Made by a program: the position numbers and the translations under genes. From Oligoflexales bacterium (GTDB lineage Bacteria; Bdellovibrionota_B; Oligoflexia; Oligoflexales; CAIYRB01), in contig JBGSUI010000247.1 in NCBI GenBank assembly GCA_041736175.1, positions 1 to 12,581 on the forward strand: a stretch of DNA of 12,581 bases, in the 5' to 3' direction. How positions within the stretch are numbered: the stretch's first letter is position 1; each line of letters begins with the position of its first letter. The notes beneath the pieces are model-generated. The model was not told where the DNA came from. It was given only the letters and a program-made list of their open reading frames with translations, and did no database searches. This document shows positions 9,244 through 12,581 of the stretch, piece after piece.

Positions 9244-9873
9244 TCATACTCGATTGAAATAGACACAGCGTAGGTGTGGGCCTGTAAATTCAAAAGAACT
9301 CATACTTCCGTAGTTTAGGACCAGTTGAAAAGCCTTTTCGAGTGGTATTTGGAGGAGGCTGCAAATCATCGCTCGGATCACTCCAGAGTGGGTGACCACC
9401 AGGATTCGGCGCCAGGCACTGTTTTCTGACGCTAGGCGACGGATATTGTCTAAACACAATAGGGCACGCTGGGTGAGCTGTTGGAAAGATTCTCCACCGG
9501 GTGGAGATTGGTTTACAAAATCATCCATCCATGGGGTCAGCTCTTTTTGATCCAGCTCGTCCCAAAGTCTCCCCTCCCATGCTCCAAAATCGAGTTCAAT
9601 GAGCCGTGCATCTTCTTGGTAAAAGATCGGCGCAACCTCTGGGACTTCAGGGCCTGCCAGAAATTGGGCCAGGGCCTTACAGCGGGAGAGAGGGCTTGTG
9701 ATCACGACATCCCATGGACCCATCTGAGACAGGGCTCGGACGATCTCATCAGCCTCTTTTTTAAAGGTTTTTTTTAATGGGACGTCTATTTGGCCGTAGC
9801 AGGTGCCCAAGGGGACCTCCACCGCTGTGTGCCTGATTAAAATGATTTCGAGATGACTTGGGGGAAATGCCAT
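9244..9873 (-). CDS. cobC: Histidine phosphatase family protein, alpha-ribazole phosphatase (CobC)-like
   Basis: LIRHT phosphohistidine motif followed by CYGQIDVPL, then TSPLSRC, ELDFGAWEG, PPGGES and VTHSGVIR. The RHT/CYGQ variant is typical of the CobC-like subfamily. Confidence 0.75.
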   Translation of the reverse strand: MAFPPSHLEIILIRHTAVEVPLGTCYGQIDVPLKKTFKKEADEIVRALSQMGPWDVVITSPLSRCKALAQFLAGPEVPEVAPIFYQEDARLIELDFGAWEGRLWDELDQKELTPWMDDFVNQSPPGGESFQQLTQRALLCLDNIRRLASENSAWRRILVVTHSGVIRAMICSLLQIPLEKAFQLVLNYGSMSSFEFTGPHLRCVYFNRV

Positions 9874-9879
9874 AAGATG

Positions 9880-9927
9880 TGTGCTTTCTGTTGAGCATCA
9901 TGTGGAGGATTCTGTGGAGCTTTCTGT
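9880..9927. repeat. Four imperfect tandem 12-bp repeats
   Basis: tgtgctttctgt | tgagcatcatgt | ggaggattctgt | ggagctttctgt, immediately upstream of the cobC start. Confidence 0.6.
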
Positions 9928-9963
9928 ATCGGAAACAAGGTTGCAATCAAACGAAACTTTATG

Positions 9964-9991
9964 TTGACTTTTTATATTTTTCTATTACTAT
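9964..9991 (+). promoter_or_regulatory. Putative sigma-70 promoter for the guaD leader
   Basis: TTGACT (9964-9969), a 16-nt AT-rich spacer, then TACTAT (9986-9991). This implies a 5' UTR of ~180 nt. Confidence 0.5.
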
Positions 9992-10045
9992 CAATGGGCT
10001 TTGTAGTTTTCACTGACTGCAAGCGGTAGATTGTATCTCACATCG

Positions 10046-10145
10046 AGCTTTGAGGACTATAGATCTATCGCCCAAAGGAAGGACTTCCGGCAGACTCGGT
10101 CACTCCCACGTCCGTGGGCCACGAGATCACGCCCTGTCAAAAGCT
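10046..10145 (+). ncRNA. Candidate cis-regulatory structured RNA (riboswitch-like) in the guaD leader
   Basis: Nested pairings: AGCU-UUGA (10046-53)/UCAA-A-AGCU (10137-45) and GAUCU (10062-66)/AGAUC (10124-28). Two internal hairpins, GGAA-GGAC-UUCC and CCCAC-GUCC-GUGGG, have mutually complementary loops. Confidence 0.5.
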
Positions 10146-10179
10146 AAGATCACCAAACAATCTATTGGAGTATTTCGTT

Positions 10180-11568
10180 ATGGGACTTAGTCGCATGTTT
10201 TTAGTGGTTTTCGCTTTGGTCGTCCAAGTCTTTGGATCCATCGAATCTTTTGGAAGCCCTACCGCCTATCGAGGCACTGTCTTACATTTTCTTAAAAACC
10301 CATACCCAGCTCCTGCGGGATCCTATGAATATTACCAAGATGGGGCTCTTGTCGTAGACGGTGGGATCATCCAAAAGGTCGGATCTTACGCGGAAGTTTT
10401 ACAATCTCTACCACCTTCTGTTCCATGGATCGACTATTCGGGAAAGTGGCTGATCCCTGGATTTGTCGACACCCATGTCCACTACCCCCAAACCGAAATG
10501 ATTGGTGCCTATGGAGCGCAGCTCCTCGAGTGGTTAAACACCTATACTTTTCCCACCGAAAAGCAATATTCCAATGCTGTTTATGCTAAGAAACAAGCAC
10601 GATTTTTTATCGACCAACTCCTCCGCAACGGCACCACCTCGGCCTTAGTGTTTTCTACCGTCCATAAAGAATCCGTGGACGCTTTTTTTGAGGCGAGTCT
10701 CGAAAAAAATCTCCGCATGATCAGCGGCAAGGTTCTTATGGACCGAAATGCTCCGTCCTACCTTTTAGACACTGCTGCTTCCGGCTACCAAGACTCCAAA
10801 GATCTTATCAAAAAATGGCATGGACAAGGCCGTCTTTCCTACGCGATCACTCCGCGGTTTGCACCAACATCCTCCCCTGAACAGCTTAGCCAAGCAGGGA
10901 CCCTGAAAAAAGAATTTCCCGAAGTGTATATCCATACCCATCTTTCAGAAAACAAAGCTGAAATCGAGTGGGTCAAAAGCCTCTTTCCAAACCATCAGGG
11001 CTACCTGGATGTCTATGATTCCTATGGCCTGACGGGTAAACGCAGCATTTTTGCACATAGCATCCACCTTACGTCTGTCGAATTTCAGACCATGGCGACC
11101 ACAGACTCGGTCGCAGCTTTTTGTCCGACTTCAAATCTCTTTTTAGGAAGCGGTCTTTTTCCCATCAAGGCCTTTAGGGACCAAAACATCCGCTTTGGTT
11201 TAGGGACCGATGTGGGAGCTGGCACCAGCTTTTCGATGTTTCAAACCCTTAACGAGGCCTACAAGATCGCCCAGCTCCAAAGCCAAAAGCTAAGCTCCTT
11301 AGACGGCTTTTACCGGGCGACCCTTGGGGGGGCCCAGGCACTGGATCTCGACTCTAAAATAGGCAATTTCCTGCCGGGAAAAGAAGCCGACTTTGTGGTC
11401 ATTGAACCCAAATCAACACTCCTTACGACCATGCGTCACCTAAATAGCCAAACCTTAGAAGAAAAGCTTTTCGTCTTGATGACCCTTGGGGATGATCGCA
11501 ACGTTTTTGCGACTTACTCTATGGGCGAACTAGTCTTTAGCCAGGTGCCTCAGACCTATAGTAGGTGA
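10180..11568 (+). CDS. guaD: Guanine deaminase (amidohydrolase family) with N-terminal signal-peptide-like extension
   Basis: Motifs PGFVDTHVHYPQ, QLLEWLNTYTFP, ITPRFAPTSS, HTHLSEN, FCPTSNLFLGSG and GTDVGAG. GGAG at 10167-10170 supports ATG 10180 rather than GTG 10114. Confidence 0.93.
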   Translation: MGLSRMFLVVFALVVQVFGSIESFGSPTAYRGTVLHFLKNPYPAPAGSYEYYQDGALVVDGGIIQKVGSYAEVLQSLPPSVPWIDYSGKWLIPGFVDTHVHYPQTEMIGAYGAQLLEWLNTYTFPTEKQYSNAVYAKKQARFFIDQLLRNGTTSALVFSTVHKESVDAFFEASLEKNLRMISGKVLMDRNAPSYLLDTAASGYQDSKDLIKKWHGQGRLSYAITPRFAPTSSPEQLSQAGTLKKEFPEVYIHTHLSENKAEIEWVKSLFPNHQGYLDVYDSYGLTGKRSIFAHSIHLTSVEFQTMATTDSVAAFCPTSNLFLGSGLFPIKAFRDQNIRFGLGTDVGAGTSFSMFQTLNEAYKIAQLQSQKLSSLDGFYRATLGGAQALDLDSKIGNFLPGKEADFVVIEPKSTLLTTMRHLNSQTLEEKLFVLMTLGDDRNVFATYSMGELVFSQVPQTYSR

Positions 11569-11657
11569 CCTCATTGGCAGAGCAGTGAGTGCTCCCTTAG
11601 AGAGAATTCCATGGTATAGGTATTTCCTACAAGCAGCCTTTTATCGAAGGAAAAACC

Positions 11658-12515
11658 ATGGAATTTAGATCCAAAGACTTTATCGTGACCCCAGACAAAA
11701 AGGTCGATCTCATCAAAAGACCGACTCTTGTCACCCCACTTTACCAATCCAAAAGCCAATATCAGGAGATCCTCGCGGGCCAGGTCGATGAGCTTAAATC
11801 ACTCCAACAACTCCTCTACGCGGACAACACCTATGCCGTACTCTTGATTTTTCAAGCTATGGATGCTGCGGGCAAAGATGGTGCCATCGCCCATGTGATG
11901 TCAGGAGTTAACCCACAAGGGTGCCAGGTCTTTAGCTTTAAGCACCCCAGTGCGACCGAGCTGGATCACGACTTTCTTTGGAGGACCACCCAATGTTTGC
12001 CGGAGAGAGGTCGTATTGGCATCTTTAACCGCTCTTACTACGAAGAAGTCCTGATTGTCAGAGTGCACCCTCATCTGCTTGAAAGCCAGGGGATTCAATG
12101 GAAATCCCCTCCCAAAAAAAATATTTGGCAAGAGCGCTTTCGCTCCATCGTCGATTTAGAAAGCCATCTCTCTCGCAACGGCACACAGATCATCAAATTT
12201 TTCCTGCACCTTTCCAAGGAAGAGCAACGTAAACGATTTATAGATCGCATCGATAAGCCCGAAAAAAACTGGAAATTTAGCCTCAGTGATATCGAAGAAC
12301 GAAAATACTGGGATCAATACCGTGACGCCTACCAGGAGTGTCTCCGAGCCACAAGTACGGAGGTGGCACCCTGGTACATCGTCCCCGCGGATGATAAGAA
12401 AAACGCCAGGCTGATGATTTCGAGGATTCTGGTTGAGACGCCAGCAATTCCCGCTCATCTCCAAGTGCTGGTCCTGACGGAGGGTTTCAGGTGTTCAAAA
12501 AAATATCTTTCGTAA
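11658..12515 (+). CDS. ppk2: Polyphosphate kinase 2 family protein (class III-like), atypical C-terminus
   Basis: Walker [23 protein letters not shown], Walker B region [14 protein letters not shown] and [18 protein letters not shown] upstream. Confidence 0.9.
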   Translation: MEFRSKDFIVTPDKKVDLIKRPTLVTPLYQSKSQYQEILAGQVDELKSLQQLLYADNTYAVLLIFQAMDAAGKDGAIAHVMSGVNPQGCQVFSFKHPSATELDHDFLWRTTQCLPERGRIGIFNRSYYEEVLIVRVHPHLLESQGIQWKSPPKKNIWQERFRSIVDLESHLSRNGTQIIKFFLHLSKEEQRKRFIDRIDKPEKNWKFSLSDIEERKYWDQYRDAYQECLRATSTEVAPWYIVPADDKKNARLMISRILVETPAIPAHLQVLVLTEGFRCSKKYLS

Positions 12516-12533
12516 TATAAGCGACCGAAGCAT

Positions 12534-12573
12534 GATCTTACCAGGTAACCTTTGATTCAAAAATGGTAAGATC
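12534..12573. repeat. Perfect 10-bp inverted repeat downstream of ppk2 (hairpin or operator)
   Basis: GATCTTACCA (12534-43) and TGGTAAGATC (12564-73), with a 20-nt spacer containing TTTGA-T-TCAAA. Confidence 0.5.
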
Positions 12574-12581
12574 GAGTAGTC

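Noticed and set aside
9901..9921. TGTGGA hexamers as DnaA boxes / oriC
   Set aside because: Only 6-7 of 9 positions match TGTGGATAA, and there are no origin-associated genes nearby.
9761..9946. 61-aa minus-strand ORF spanning the 12-bp repeats
   Set aside because: It overlaps cobC out of frame and has no SD. Its periodicity simply reflects the DNA repeat.
9924..9961. Sigma-28 promoter for cobC (TAAAGTTT...TCCGATAC, minus strand)
   Set aside because: The spacing is about 9 nt too long.
10040..10150. Canonical guanine, xanthine (NMT1) or cobalamin riboswitch
   Set aside because: The conserved core nucleotides were not recognisable by eye, so it is kept as an unclassified candidate.
12538..12581. 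3' end of a convergent minus-strand gene (...LDLTIFESKVTW*)
   Set aside because: Only 13 codons are visible, which is too little to support a call.

Overview
Bacterial genomic window of roughly balanced GC. The dense lipoproteins, Cys-paired Ig-like domain, GGC-CTERM tail and sigma-28 promoter suggest Bdellovibrionota/Oligoflexia (inference). The left part is an envelope-protein cluster: a 5'-truncated S8 subtilase with an N-terminal lipobox and a C-terminal GGC-TM-basic tail, a coupled small membrane protein, two lipoproteins and an apparently decapitated LRR-cytochrome c gene. Converging on these is a 1326-aa lipoprotein (Ig/FN3 stalk plus 12 NHL-like blades, 11 carrying a Cys pair) behind a close sigma-28 promoter match. 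The right part has an orphan cobC-like phosphatase divergent from guaD and ppk2. Most interesting: the guaD leader contains a ~100-nt candidate riboswitch-like RNA (branched fold, complementary GGAC/GUCC loops, anti-SD segment) that I cannot match to the canonical purine riboswitch, and this GuaD appears to carry a signal peptide.
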